In this document: positions 44,202 to 57,519 of the stretch, piece by piece
Numbering within the stretch: the stretch's first letter is position 1
How the letters are laid out: each line of letters begins with the position of its first letter
DNA from: Macrostomum lignano
Taxonomy: Eukaryota
DNA: 64,000 bases
Direction of reading: 5' to 3'
Assembly: GCA_002269645.1 (NCBI GenBank)
Contig: NIVC01002737.1
Span: 62,001-126,000 of the forward strand
Position numbers and translations under genes: made by a program
The notes under the pieces: model-generated
What the model was told of the DNA's origin: nothing
What the model saw: only the letters and a program-made list of their open reading frames with translations
Database searches by the model: none

Positions 44202-45074
44202 ATGCCGATCTCTTCCGGAGCGGGTGGCAAGCCCAACTCCTACTTCAATCCCGGCAACGCCCTCTCCCGTCGGCCCTCGGTCAGCAGCGCCGCCAACAGC
44301 GGCAACTACGGCGGTGGCGGCAGTCCCGGCTATTACTACGGCAGCTACGGCGGCGAGCCCGTTGCTATGGCAACAGGCGCGGCCGCTACGCCCAGGGGAG
44401 TTCAGGTGGGTCCGTATGATTATGGCTAATAGGCCTGCATGTGCTCCGCTGTGGCGGGATCCCGGATCACTCGTGCCATACCGGCACTCTATTCGTCACA
44501 TTATGGCACTCCAACTTCACACCCCGAATCCCAGGTTGTGGACATTTCCAGCGGCCGGGTCCCCCAGAACGCGCAGGCCTCGGTGACCCGTGACGCCCCG
44601 GCCGGCCGGCGCTGCTGCCCCTGCCCGGCCCGCGGGCGGCCGGAGATGAAGATGCCGGCCATGCCGAAGAGCAAAATGGCCACCGCGGGCGGCGCCGTCA
44701 CCCGGCACGGCTGCTGCATCTTCCTGATCGGCCTGCTGGCCCTGGCCACCGCCGCCGGCCTCATCGCCGGCCTGTACTTCCTGTGCACCGGCCTCAGCGG
44801 CATCCGGTCCGACAGGGGCGCCTTCTACCTCATCCCGGGCAGGCGGCCCGGCGACCTCATGTGGGTCATCTACGGCACCCTGCAGGAGTGCGAACCCGTG
44901 ACCACCAGCTCGTCCACCACCAGCACCACCACCACCACGAGCACCACCACCACCGCCACCACCGCGGCCACCAGCGGGACCACCGAGTCAACGACTCCTA
45001 CCACCACGGCTGCGGCCACCACCTCGGGCACCACTCTAATCTCCTGCGCCAGCACCACCTACCGATACCAGCAG
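44202..45074 (+). CDS. Orphan membrane protein with a Thr/Ser-rich mucin-like stalk (3' end unresolved)
   Basis: Exon 44202-44405 (CAG/GTGGGT) splices in phase 0 to exon 44535-45074 (CAG/GTGAGA). TM segment CCIFLIGLLALATAAGLIAGLYFL is followed by a poly-Thr tract. Codon use is GC3-rich, like the other genes here. Confidence 0.68.
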
Positions 45075-46169
45075 GTGAGATTGATGTGTTTCAGGTGTGC
45101 AATTCAAATTGGAGGGATAGGATATGGTAAGATACATAAAAGGCATATAATTATCAGGTGAAAATGGAGTGGGGTGGTTGGCTTATAGTTATCAGGTGAG
45201 AATGGAGTGGGGTGGTTGGCTTTAATTATCAGGTGAGAATGGAGTGGGGTGGTTGGCTTGAATTATCAGGTGAGAATGGAGTGGGGTGTTTGGCTTTAAT
45301 TATCAGGTGAGAATGGAGTGGGGTGGTTGGCCCTTAATTATCAGGTGAGAATGGAGTGGGGTGGTTGGCTTATAATTATCTGGTGAAATTGTCATCAGGT
45401 GTTTATGGCTTCACGCGCAGTAACTGATAATTAAAAGCAAACCTTCCCTGTTTCATTCTCACCTGCAAATATCTGGTAAATGGAAAGTGTGAGGCTTCTG
45501 TTATCGCTAATTGTACCTACCTCATATAGTCAAAGCTTCCATTCAGATAATATTAGATTTTGGCACACCACACGCAGGTAACACTGGCAGGTGGCAGGTC
45601 CGGACCCGATCCGATCATTGTTGCGGCCTCCGCCGCTGCGGCCATCGTCTGTCAGCTGCTGATGATGCCGAGCCTGCCAGCCGGATTCTGGGGTCACGTG
45701 ACAGGCTGATGCTGAAAATTGGCTGGTAGAGGCGACGGGCCAGCAGCATGGAACTGAAGTTTTTCTTGCAGCGAGCCGCAGAATTTAATCGATGCTCAAA
45801 CCGCACTACTGTCTTAAGTAGAGTAGCCAGCTTCCTCTTAAAAAAATTTTCTTCTATAAAACAAAAATCCGGTATGTATCGAAAAAATAGTAAGCCTGTC
45901 TTTTCAAAAAATGCTTAAATTTTTTTACCGCTATTTCTGTGCAGTCCATTTTCTGAAATCTGAAATGAAGCCCAACTATATCAGATATTTACAGTGCTCT
46001 GTGTACTTTAAGTGTTCTTTGGCTATCAACGTTGCAAAAATAAAGCTTATCCAGAGCTATTATTTACTAAAAATGTTAATCTTTTATAAAATAAATACGC
46101 AGCTTTTCAGATTTTATAGTTAAAAAGGCACACAGACAGACAGAAAAAACAGTCAGTCAGAAAGAGAGA

Positions 46170-47240
46170 CACTGGGACATTAAAAGACTGGGGGCATTAA
46201 GAGACTGGAGCATCAAGACACAGAGACATTAAGACACTGAGACATTTAAGACACTGATACATTTAGACACTAGGAAATTTAAGACAATGAGACATTTAAG
46301 ACAATGGGACTTTTAAGACAATGGGACATTAATTAGACACGGGGAAATTAAGACACTGGGACATTAAGACACTGGGAAATAAGGACACTAAGACATAAAG
46401 AAACTGGGACATTTAAGACAATGGAACATTAATTAAAAACTGGGACATTTAAGACACTGGGACATTTAAGACAATGGAACATTAATTAAAAACTGGGACA
46501 TTTAAGACAATGGGATATTAATTAGACACGGATAATTAAGACCCTGGGACATAAGGACACTGGGACATTAAGACACTGGGACATTAAGACACTGAGAGAT
46601 TTAGGACACTGGGGCATTTAAGACACTGGGGCATTTAAGACACTGGGCCGCGTGTCTAATTAATGTCTGAAGTGTCTTAATGTTTCTGTGTCTTAATTCC
46701 TCCGTGTCTAATTAACACGACATGAAGACACTGGGACATTTAAGACAATGGGACATTAATTAGACACGGGAAAACTAAGACACTGGGACATTTAAGACAA
46801 TGGGACAGTAATTAGACACTGAGAATTAAGACCCTGGGACATAAGGACACTGGGACATTAAGACACTGGGACATTAAGACACTGGGAGATTTAAGACACT
46901 GGGACATTAAGACACTGAGAGATTTAGGACACTGGGGCATTTAAGACAATGGGGCATTTAAGACAATGGGACAGTAATTAGACACTGAGAATTAAGACCC
47001 TGGGACATTAAGACACTGGGAGATTTAAGACACTGGGACATTAAGACACTGAGAGATTTAGGACACTGGGGCATTTAAGACAATGGGGCATTTAAGACAA
47101 TGGGGCATTTAAGACAATGGGGCATTTAAGACAATGGGACATTTAAGACACTGGGCCGCGTGTCTAATTAATGTCCCAGTGTCTTAATTTCTCCGTGTCT
47201 AATTAACACGACATGAAGACACTGGGACATTTAGGACAAT
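46170..47240. repeat. Degenerate 16/17-bp minisatellite
   Basis: Unit GACACTGGGACATT(T)AA. Confidence 0.85.
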
Positions 47241-47480
47241 AGATCATTGAGACATTCAGATATAAAGATATTAACACACACATCAAGACGATCAAGATGA
47301 GGTTTTTACTGAAAGCATAAAAGGAAACGGTATATTAGAAACAGCTGTAATCGAATAATTAAATCTCTCTTCAGAGTCAGCGCGAATTCGTCTACTTACA
47401 GTAGAAAACAAAGAAAATAAACGCCTAAATCTACACTGCAAGCTTTAGCTTAATAATCCGCTGCAAAAAGTAAAAAACTT

Positions 47481-47894
47481 CTATTTAAGGACGATTTCAT
47501 AGACTGAGTTCACCCCCTCGCCGCCGCAGATCTCCTCGGCGTAGCCGCGGCAGTTCTGGTCACAGCTGGACTCGTCCACAGAGCCGTACCTGCCGTAGGA
47601 ATCGCCGCAGAAGCAGCTGCCGCCGCCCTGCAGACCAAAGTACCGGTTGCCCGAGCCGCGGCACAGGAAGTCGCACAACTTCCGGTTGACCCGCCCGGTG
47701 CCCAGGCCGTCACCGCCAGCCAGCCGTTCGAGATCCGGGCTGCCCTCTTTGTCCTGGTAGCAGCCGATGTAGCGCGGCTTCAGCGCCTCGGGGCTCGCTG
47801 ACAATTTTTGGGGAGTCAGGGGTCAGGGACAGCCTCCGGGTTTGGAGCTTCAGTTCAGATGCCCAGATTCGGACAGACAGGCAGAAAGGCAGGC

Positions 47895-47971
<77 letters not shown>

Positions 47972-48072
47972 CAGACAGACAGAGACAGGCAGACAGACAG
48001 ACAGACAGACAGACACAGACAGACAGAGACAGGCAGACAGACAGACAGACAGACACACAGACAGAGACAGGC

Positions 48073-48169
<97 letters not shown>

Positions 48170-48226
48170 CAGACAGACAGAGACAGGCAGACAGACAGAC
48201 AGACAGACACACAGACAGAGACAGGC

Positions 48227-48267
<41 letters not shown>

Positions 48268-48318
48268 GGCAGACAGACAGACAGACAGACAGAGACAGGC
48301 AGACAGACAGAGACAGGC

Positions 48319-48395
<77 letters not shown>

Positions 48396-48496
48396 CAGAC
48401 AGACAGAGACAGGCAGACAGACAGACAGACAGACAGACACAGACAGACAGAGACAGGCAGACAGACAGACAGACAGACACACAGACAGAGACAGGC

Positions 48497-48533
<37 letters not shown>

Positions 48534-48848
48534 GGCAGACAGACAGACAGACAGACAGAGACAGGCAGACAGACAGAGACAGGCAGACAGACAGACAGAC
48601 AGACACACAGACAGACAGGCAGACAGACAGACAGACACACAGAGACAGGCAGACAGACAGACAGACAGACAGAGACAGACAGACAGACACAGAGACAGGC
48701 AGACAGGTAGGTAGGTAGGCAGGCACTGTAGGCTAGACAGACAGGCAACTGCATGCACGGCAGACTTACATTTGCATGCGGCGATTTCTGAGCAGGAGCA
48801 GCAGAAGCAGACCAGTAAAAGGATAAGATTTCCGGATGCGGGCTTCAT
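47481..48848 (-). CDS. Small secreted single-WSC-domain protein, 131 aa, 2 exons
   Basis: Exon 48848-48770 encodes a signal-peptide-like [20 protein letters not shown] (GTAAGT donor, phase 1). Exon 47797-47481 has the WSC pattern YIGCYQD..C..C..YFGLQ..CFCG..C..C..CGG..NSVY. The intron is (GACA)n. Confidence 0.85.
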
Positions 48849-49074
48849 TGTGTTTACAAGCGGAGCAGCGTGGTGTCTAACCAGTCTGGGCTGCCGGAAC
48901 AGCCGCTGTTGTCAAGCCATGCAAGGTATGCTGCGCTGTGTGGCATGAGGAAGCTGCCTTCACAGACGGACCATAGACTGGCGAGCCGCAGTTAAAAATA
49001 GCCTAGCGTACGCCAGCACGTGAGCAGACCCTGGGCCTAAGCTAGATTTTTATTGATGATAAAGTTGGTGTCGG

Positions 49075-50085
49075 TGTCAGCTGAGGCGCCACATTTTGAG
49101 TTAGTGTCAGCTAGGGCGCCACTTTAGTGTCAGCTAGGGCGCCATGACTCGGTGTCAACAAGGGCGCCATGACTCGGTGTCAACTAGGGCGCCATGACTC
49201 GGTGTCAACTAGGGCGCCATGACTCGGTGTCAACTAGGGTGCTAAATTTAGTGTCAGAGTTAGCTAGAGCGCCACATTTAGTGTCAGCCAGGGCACCATA
49301 TTTAGTGTCAGGTAGGGCACCACATTTAGTGTCAGGTAGGGCACCACATTTAGTGTCAGCCAGGGCACCACATTTAGTGTCAGCTAGGGCACCACATTTA
49401 GTGTCAGCTAGGGCACCACATTTAGTGTCAGCTAGGGCACCACATTTAGTGTCAGCCAGGGCACCACATTTAGTGTCAGGTAGGGCACCACATTTAGTGT
49501 CAGCCAGGGCACCACATTTAGTGTCAGGTAGGGCACCACATTTAGTGTCAGAGGGCACCATATTTAGTGTCAGCTAGGGCGCCACATTTAGTGTCAGCTA
49601 GGGCGCCACATTTAGTGTCAGAGGGCACCATATTTAGTGTCAGCTAGGGTGCCACATTTAGTGTCAGCTAGGGCACCACATTTAGTGTCAGCTAGGGCGC
49701 CACATTTAGTGTCAGCTAGGGCACCACATTTAGTGTCAGCTAGGGCACCACATTTAGTGTCAGCTAGGGCGCCACATTTAGTGTCAGCTAGGGCACCACA
49801 TTTAGTGTCAGCTAGGGTGCCACATTTAGTGTCAGCTAGGGTGCCACATTTAGTGTCAGCTAGGGCACCACATTTAGTGTCAGCTAGGGCGCCACATTTA
49901 GTGTCAGCTAGGGCACCACATTTAGTGTCAGCTAGGGCACCACATTTAGTGTCAGCTAGGGCGCCACATTTAGTGTCAGCTAGGGCACCACATTTAGTGT
50001 CAGCTAGGGCACCACATTTAGTGTCAGCTAGGGTGCCACATTTAGTGTCAGCTAGGGTGCCACATTTAGTGTCAGCTAGGGCGCC
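49075..50085. repeat. 24-bp minisatellite
   Basis: Unit TTTAGTGTCAGCTAGGGCACCACA. Confidence 0.93.
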
Positions 50086-50844
50086 AAAAGGGCGCACCTA
50101 AATTCCATGCCAATAAAGAGTTGGAAGTCGGCACCATCAAAAAGGTTTAATTACTCTTATTAAAAGCCAGTGAGCGGCAAGCAGACTGCGGACACTCCAG
50201 TCTGATGCAGAGATTTTATTTACAATCGTGAGCACCTGTCAAAGTGCAAAGGCGCTGCAGATGCGAATCCAGGCAATTAAAAAAGCACACAGGCTTCAAT
50301 TACAAAAGTAGATTAGTAATGCAGCAGCGAAGCCCGCCGCTCTGCAGCTTCTATTGCTCAATAAATTACAATAAAAATGTTCGCATTAATCCATATTGTA
50401 CAATCGCCGAATACTACTCTCAGTAGCTAATCAATGCCTGCAACCAGTTAAAAAAATTTGCCTCGTTGATCAGGTCGGGTCAATAAATAAAAAAACACGC
50501 ACAAATGTTACAAGCTGGAAAATGCACGGAGAAGCACATTGTGTGTGTGTGTGTGAGACGCGAGTTAAAATTGATTGTACAGCCACAGGCACACAGGCGC
50601 ATGCACACTAGTGTAGGATTATAGCACCTTATAGCTAGCTATACTGAGATCTCCGAGACCGGAAAAACATGATTATTATCAAATAAAAAAGCAATCAATA
50701 AACACGACGGGTTAAACTGGATTGGCATCGAATAAAATTTTGGCCACTTCCTATGCGGTAAAGTTGAATGTTTACTGCCATTCACAGCTTCCGGAGTGAA
50801 CTAGGAGTGACTTACAGATTCAGGAATGAGTAAGATTTGACTGA

Positions 50845-52340
50845 AGGCTTCACTACCAGGTTTTGGAGTGAATTGGGAGTCACTACCAGGTTCCGGAGTG
50901 AATTGGGAGTCACTACCAGGTTCCGGAGTGAATTGGGAGTCACTATCAGGTTCAGGAGTGAATTAGGAGTCACTATCAGGTTCCGGAGTGAATTAGGAGT
51001 CACTATCAGGTTCCGGAGTGAATTAGGAGTCACATCAGGTTCCGGAGTGAATTAGGAGTCACTATCAGGTTCCGGAGTGAATTAGGAGTCACTATCAGGT
51101 TCCGGAGTGAATTAGGAGTGCCTATCAGGTTTTGGAGTGAATTGGGAGTCACTATCAGGTTCCGGAGTGAATTAGGAGTCACTATCAGGTTCCGGAGTGA
51201 ATTGGGAGTCACTATCAGGTTCCGGAGTGAATTAGGAGTCACTATCAGGTTCCGGAGTGAATTAGGAGTCACTATCAGGTTCCGGAGTGAATTAGGAGTG
51301 CCTATCAGGTTTTGGAGTGAATTAGGAGTCACGATCAGGTTCCGGAGAAAATTAGGAGTCACATCAGGTTCCGGAGTGAATTAGGAGTCACTATCAGGTT
51401 CCGGAGTGAATTAGGAGTGCCTATCAGGTTCCGGAGTGAATTAGGAGTGCCTATCAGGTTCCAGAGTGAATTAGGAGTCACTATCAGGTTCCGGAGTGAA
51501 TCAGGAGTCACTATCAGGTTCCGGAGTGAATTAGGAGTCACTATCAGGTTCCGGAGTGAATTAGGAGTCACTATCAGGTTCCGGAGTGAATTAGGAGTCA
51601 CTATCAGGTTCCGGAGTGAATTATGAGTCACTATCAGGTTCCGGAGTGAATTATGAGTCACTATCAGGTTCCGGAGTGAATTGGGAGTCACTATCAGGTT
51701 CCGGAGTGAATTATGAGTCACTATCAGGTTCCGGAGTGAATTGGGAGTCACTATCAGGTTTCGGAGTGAATTGGGAGTCACTATCAGGTTCCGGAGTGAA
51801 TTATGAGTCACTATCAGGTTCCGGAGTGAATTGGGAGTCATTATCAGGTTTCGGAGTGAATTAGGAGTCACTATCAGGTTCCGGAGTGAATTAGGAGTCA
51901 CTATCAGGTTCCGGAGTGAATTAGGAGTCACTATCAGGTTCCGGAGTGAATCAGGAGTCACTATCAGGTTCAGGAGTGAATTATGAGTGCCTATCAGGTT
52001 CCGGAGTGAATTAGGAGTCACATCAGGTTCCGGAGTGAATCAGGAGTCACTATCAGGTTCAGGAGTGAATTATGAGTGCCTATCAGGTTCCGGAGTGAAT
52101 TAGGAGTCACTATCAGGTTCCGGAGTGAATTGGGAGTCACTATCAGGTTTCGGAGTGAATTAGGAGTCACTATCAGGTTCCGGAGTGAATTAGGAGTCAC
52201 TATCAGGTTTCGGAGTGAATTAGGAGTCACTATCAGGTTCCGGAGTGAATTAGGAGTCACTATCAGGTTCCGGAGTGAATTAGGAGTCACTATCAGGTTC
52301 CGGAGTGAATTAGGAGTCACTATCAGGTTCCGGAGTGAAT
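50845..52340. repeat. 30-bp minisatellite just 3' of PTEN
   Basis: Unit GAGTCACTATCAGGTTCCGGAGTGAATTAG. Confidence 0.95.
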
Positions 52341-52451
52341 CGGGAGGGACTGAAAGAGACAGTTCACAATTAAAAAGGCAGTCTGATTAGACAGCAAAAC
52401 AGGAAGCAGGCAATCAGCCGCTATTTGGCGAGCACCCAGACGTCCTCCGGG

Positions 52452-55400
52452 CTACAGCGCTGTCGTGACAATCTCTGCCGTCTCCTCCTCCGGCACCGAC
52501 TGGTGGAGCGCAGCTGCTGGCACCGGGGAGGGGGAGTTGGAGGCCCGGCAGTGATGTCGGTGGCCGTGCCGATGCCGCTGCTGTTGGGGTCGGGGTGCCG
52601 AGGCGGTAACTGTCGCGGCGGGAGAGCCGTTCACCCGTGCGGGCGCGGGAGAGTCGCCGAAGGAGGCGGAAGGTGCGGCGGCCGGCACGTAGGGGAACTC
52701 GCAGCAGTCGGAGTCGTCCGTGATGGACGAGCAGGACGAGGACGAGGAGGCCGAAGATGCAACGGAGGCGGTGGCGACCGCCCCGGAGACGCCGTCGACA
52801 AATTCGATGCAAGTCGGCAGCGCAAAGTACACGGTGATCTGCGATAAGCAGGGGTAGGCGGGGCTGGTATTAGATGATTAGCACACACTGATTAGATGAT
52901 TAGCACACACTGATTAGATGATTAGCACACACTGATTATATGATTAGCACACTGATTAGATGATTAGCACACACGGATTAGATGATTAGCACACACGGAT
53001 TAGATGATTAGCACACACGGATTAGATAATTAGCACACTGATTAGATGATTAGCACACTGATTAGATGATTAGCACACACGGATTAGATGATTAGCACAC
53101 ACGGATTAGATAATTAGCACACTGATTAGATGATTAGCACACTGATTAGATGATTAGCACACTGATTAGATGATTAGCACACACTGATTAGATGATTAGC
53201 ACACACTGATTAGATGATTAGCACACTGATTAGATGATTAGCACACACTGATTAGATGATTAGCACACTGATTAGATGATTAGCACACACTGATTCGATG
53301 GTTAGCACACTGATTTGATGATTAGCAAACTGCTTAGATGATTAGCATACTGATTAGATGATTAGCACACACTGATTAGATGATTAGCACACTGATTAGA
53401 TGATTAGCACACACTGATTAGATGATTAGCACACTGATTAGATGATTAGCACACTGATTAGATGATTAGCACACACTGATTAGATGATTAGCACACTGAT
53501 TAGATGATTAGCACACACTGATTAGATGATTAGCACACACTGATTAGATAATTTGAACACACCGATTAGATTATTAGCACACACTGATTAGATGATTAGC
53601 ACACTGATTAGATGATTAGCACACACTAATTAGATGATTAGCACACACTGATTAGATAATTAAAACACACTGATTAGATAATTTGAACACACTGATTAGA
53701 TGATTAGCACACACTGATTAGATGATTAGCACACTGATTAGATGATTAGCACACACTGATTAGATAATTAGCACACACTGATTAGATGATTAGCACACAC
53801 TGATTAGATGATTAGCACACTGATTAGATGATTAGCACACACTGATTGGATGATTAGCACACACTGATTAGATGATTAGCACACTGATTAGATAATTAAA
53901 ACACACTGATTAGATGATTAGCACATGGATCAGAGATTATGATAGATACATTTAGAATCGATCAGAGAGCTCACAGCGAACCCCTCGGGAAACACCCGGT
54001 GCTGAGTGTCCTTGCACGCCCTGTCAAGCTCTCCTTTCGTCAGCGTGACGCACAGGCCGGCCCGGTCCGGACACCTGAGGGCTCCGGGCGTGTCCGGCGG
54101 CTGGTTGACAACAAAGAAAGTGTTGAGCCAGCAGTGGAACAGCTTGTCCAGCCTGGCCAGCAGCTTGCCTCGGTTGTAGAATACGAGTTTAAAATCGCCG
54201 CAGACTGGGATGGGCGCTGGCGGCCGGATGCAGAACCCCAGGCTGGACTGGGCGCGCCGGGGCTCCCCGCACTCCGCCTCGCCAATTGTGACGTACTTGC
54301 TCTTGCCGTCCTGCTCGGGGGGGGGGCTTACTGAGTGAGTTGGCTGGGCTGGAGCAGGTCAGGCTTAAAACGAGTTAGGTGACAAATGCCTTAATAGGTC
54401 AGACACAAAGACACTGACGCAGGTCAGACAGACACTGATGCAGGTCAGACAGACACTGATGCAGGTCAGACAGACACTGATGCAGGTCAGACAGACACTG
54501 ATGCAGGTCAGACACAAAGACACTGATGCAGGTCAGACACAAAGACACTGATGCAGGTCAGACACTGATGCAGGTCAGACAGACACTGATGCAGGTCAGA
54601 CAGACACTGATGCAGGTCAGACACTGATGCAGGTCAGACAGACACTGATGCAGGTCAGACACTGATGCAGGTCAGACAGACACTGATGCAGGTCAGACAG
54701 ACACTGATGCAGGTCAGACAGACACTGATGCAGGTCAGACAGACACTGATGCAGGTCAGACAGACACTGATGCAGGTCAGACAGACACTGATGCAGGTCA
54801 GACAGACACTGATGCAGGTCAGACAGACACTGATGCAGGTCAGACAGACACTGATGCAGGTCAGACAGACACTGATGCAGGTCAGACAGACACTGATGCA
54901 GGTCAGACAGACACTGATAAGCCAAGAACAAATCATTGAACGGGGCAGGAAGCACAGGCAGAGCAGCTCACAGCGCTTACCTGGCAGTTGGCCATCTGCC
55001 TGCACTTGAACAGCATGCAGCAGCCCGACTGGATGGCTGGTAAGCCGTTTTCGACCAGAACGGAGGTGAGCAGCAGGCGACACGGCTTCAGGCTCAGCTG
55101 CTTGTGCAGCATGTGGGCGTAGTAGAACACGTACCGGCGCTGGGAGGGGATCGTCACACCCTGAGGATGGCATTGGGGGCATGAGTCACACCCTGAGGAT
55201 GGCATTAGGGGCATGAGTCACACCCTGAGGATGGCATTGGGGGCATGAGTCACACCCTGAGGATGGCATTAGGGGCATGAGTCACACCCTGAGGCTGGCA
55301 TTGGGGGCATGAGTCACACCCTGAGGATGGCATTGGGGGCATGAGTCACACCCTGAGGATGGCATTGGGGGCATGAGTCACACCCTGAGGATGGCATTGG

Positions 55401-56848
55401 GGGCATGAGTCACACCCTGAGGATGGCATTGGGGGCATGAGTCACACCTTGAGGATGGCATTGAGGGCATGAGTCACACCTTGAGGATGGCATTGGGGGC
55501 ATGAGTCACACCCTGAGGATGGCATTGGGGGCATGAGTCACACCCTGAAGATGGCATTAGGGGCATGAGTCACACCCTGAGGATGGCATTAGGGGCATGA
55601 GTCACACCCTGAGGATGGCATTAGGGCATGAGTCACACCCTGAAGATGGCATTAGGGCATGAGTCACACCTTGAGGATGGCATTAGGGGCATGAGTCACA
55701 CCCTGAGGATGGCATTGGGGGCATGAGTCACACCCTGAGGATTGCATTGGGGGCATGAGTCACACCTTGAGGATGGCATTGGGGGCATGAGTCACACCTT
55801 GAGGATGGCATTGGGGGCATGAGTCACACCCTGAAGATGGCATTAGGGCATGAGTCACACCTTGAGGATGGCATTGGGGGCATGAGTCACACCTTGAGGA
55901 TGGCATTGGGGGCATGAGTCACTCTAAGTGTTGCATTGGAGCTATTATCACACTCTGACCCACCTTTTTATCGTGGGTCCGCTTCTCCCCATAGAGCTGC
56001 ATGACCTCCTCCGCTGTTAAAAACTTCGGTTGCTGGCCGTGCAACCCGTGAAAGCTTTCGAACAGCAGATAGCAGCAGACCATGGCTCCCGTGCGGCCCT
56101 GGCGTGCCAATGGTGACAGAAATTATTTATAAACTGGGCAGGTTTGCACCAAAAGTTAAAATGTTGCTACTCTATTCGTATAAAATCTAACACTACTGCT
56201 GAATCTCACCCTTGAGTTTCAAATCTCACCATTGAATAACAAATCTCACCATTGAATATCAAGTCTCATCATTTAATATCAAATCTCACCACTAGTATGA
56301 AATCTCAGCCTTGAATATCAAATTTGAACTGTATGTATCAAATCTGACTGTTGGACACCAAATCTCACCCTTACGAACCAAATCTCACTCTTAAATATCA
56401 AATCTGACTCTTAGATATGAATTTTCACACTTGTGTATCAAGTCTCTACCTGAGGTTTAGCAATTATCTAAGTGCACCCTACCCCAGTCCCATTTCAACT
56501 CGAGTCCCAAAGGCTCACTTTTCCCGCCTTGCAATGAATCGCAGCCACATAATCCGTGCCCTTCTTCAGCCAATTGTAAACGGATTCGCAGAAGCTGGGA
56601 ATGATGTGAATAGGCGGCGGATTGTGATCCCGCATGGGGAACTGCTCCACCCGGCCTTGAAACTTCGCCGAATCGTAAGTTCGCTCCACGCATCTGGAGG
56701 GGCGGAAAGTGGCGGCGAATGCCTGTACGAGTACACTACTTTGCTGTCTCAATATGTCTGTCTGTGTCTTTCTGTCTGTCTGTCTGTCTGTCTTGGTTTC
56801 TGTCTGTCTGTCTGTCTGTCTGCCTGCCTGCCTGCCTGCCTGTGTCTT

Positions 56849-56895
<47 letters not shown>

Positions 56896-56900
56896 TTGTA

Positions 56901-56951
<51 letters not shown>

Positions 56952-57012
56952 TTGTATCTGTCTGTCTGTCTGTCTGTCTGTCTGTATGTCTGTCTGTCTG
57001 TCTATCTGTGTA

Positions 57013-57051
<39 letters not shown>

Positions 57052-57054
57052 TTA

Positions 57055-57092
<38 letters not shown>

Positions 57093-57519
57093 CTGTCTGT
57101 CTGTCTGTCTGTCTGTCTGCCTGCCTGCCTGTCTGTCTTTCTATCTGCCTGTCTGTCTGTCTTATTGTCTGTCTGTCCGTCTGTACAACAGCCCCTAGTT
57201 ACGGGAGTAACTCACAGATTATATACGCAGTACTTCTTGGCGTGCCTCTCCTCCAGAAGTCTGAAGTGCAGAAACCAGTGCAGATAAATTAAACATTTAT
57301 ACAGGTGGTCTAAATTCAGGGCACTGATTGCACAAGTTTCGAATTGGTAACGGACCTGACAACTTCATCAATATTGTTCCGAAATAGCCGCTCCAGAGTG
57401 TCGGCGGGGACGCCCATCGCGATGATTTGCGGAGTGATGTAGGACAGGTCCAAGTTGAAGTCGTCCTCTGTGAACCGCTTCTTTTTCTTAGAAACCATCT
57501 GGCGCAGAGCTCTGGCCAT
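52452..57519 (-). CDS. PTEN: PTEN lipid/protein phosphatase, 7 exons, ~473 aa
   Basis: Exons 57519-57356, 57260-57216, 56693-56519, 56098-55964, 55160-54981, 54310-53975, 52838-52452, all phase-compatible. Motifs: [43 protein letters not shown] and C2 [20 protein letters not shown]. Confidence 0.96.
52870..53925. repeat. 20/22-bp minisatellite (last PTEN intron)
   Basis: Unit ATTAGATGATTAGCACAC(AC)TG. Confidence 0.93.
54395..54917. repeat. 21-bp minisatellite (PTEN intron)
   Basis: Unit GCAGGTCAGACAGACACTGAT. Confidence 0.93.
55153..55922. repeat. 32-bp minisatellite spanning a PTEN 3' splice site
   Basis: The minus-strand unit ATGCCCCCAATGCCATCCTCAG/GGTGTGACTC contains the acceptor and the first 8 exon nt. 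Confidence 0.93.

Noticed and set aside
47710-48848. Long CLSV/DRQT ORFs (also 656-1388, 2417-3454, 56417-57292)
   Set aside because: They are translations of (GACA)n microsatellites in introns or spacers.
24644-55214. Periodic ORFs (RVRDSVGYE, VRSPNPA, ARAPHLVS, TPNSLRNLIV, LMQVRQT)
   Set aside because: Minisatellite units are multiples of 3, lack splice support, and lie in introns or spacers.
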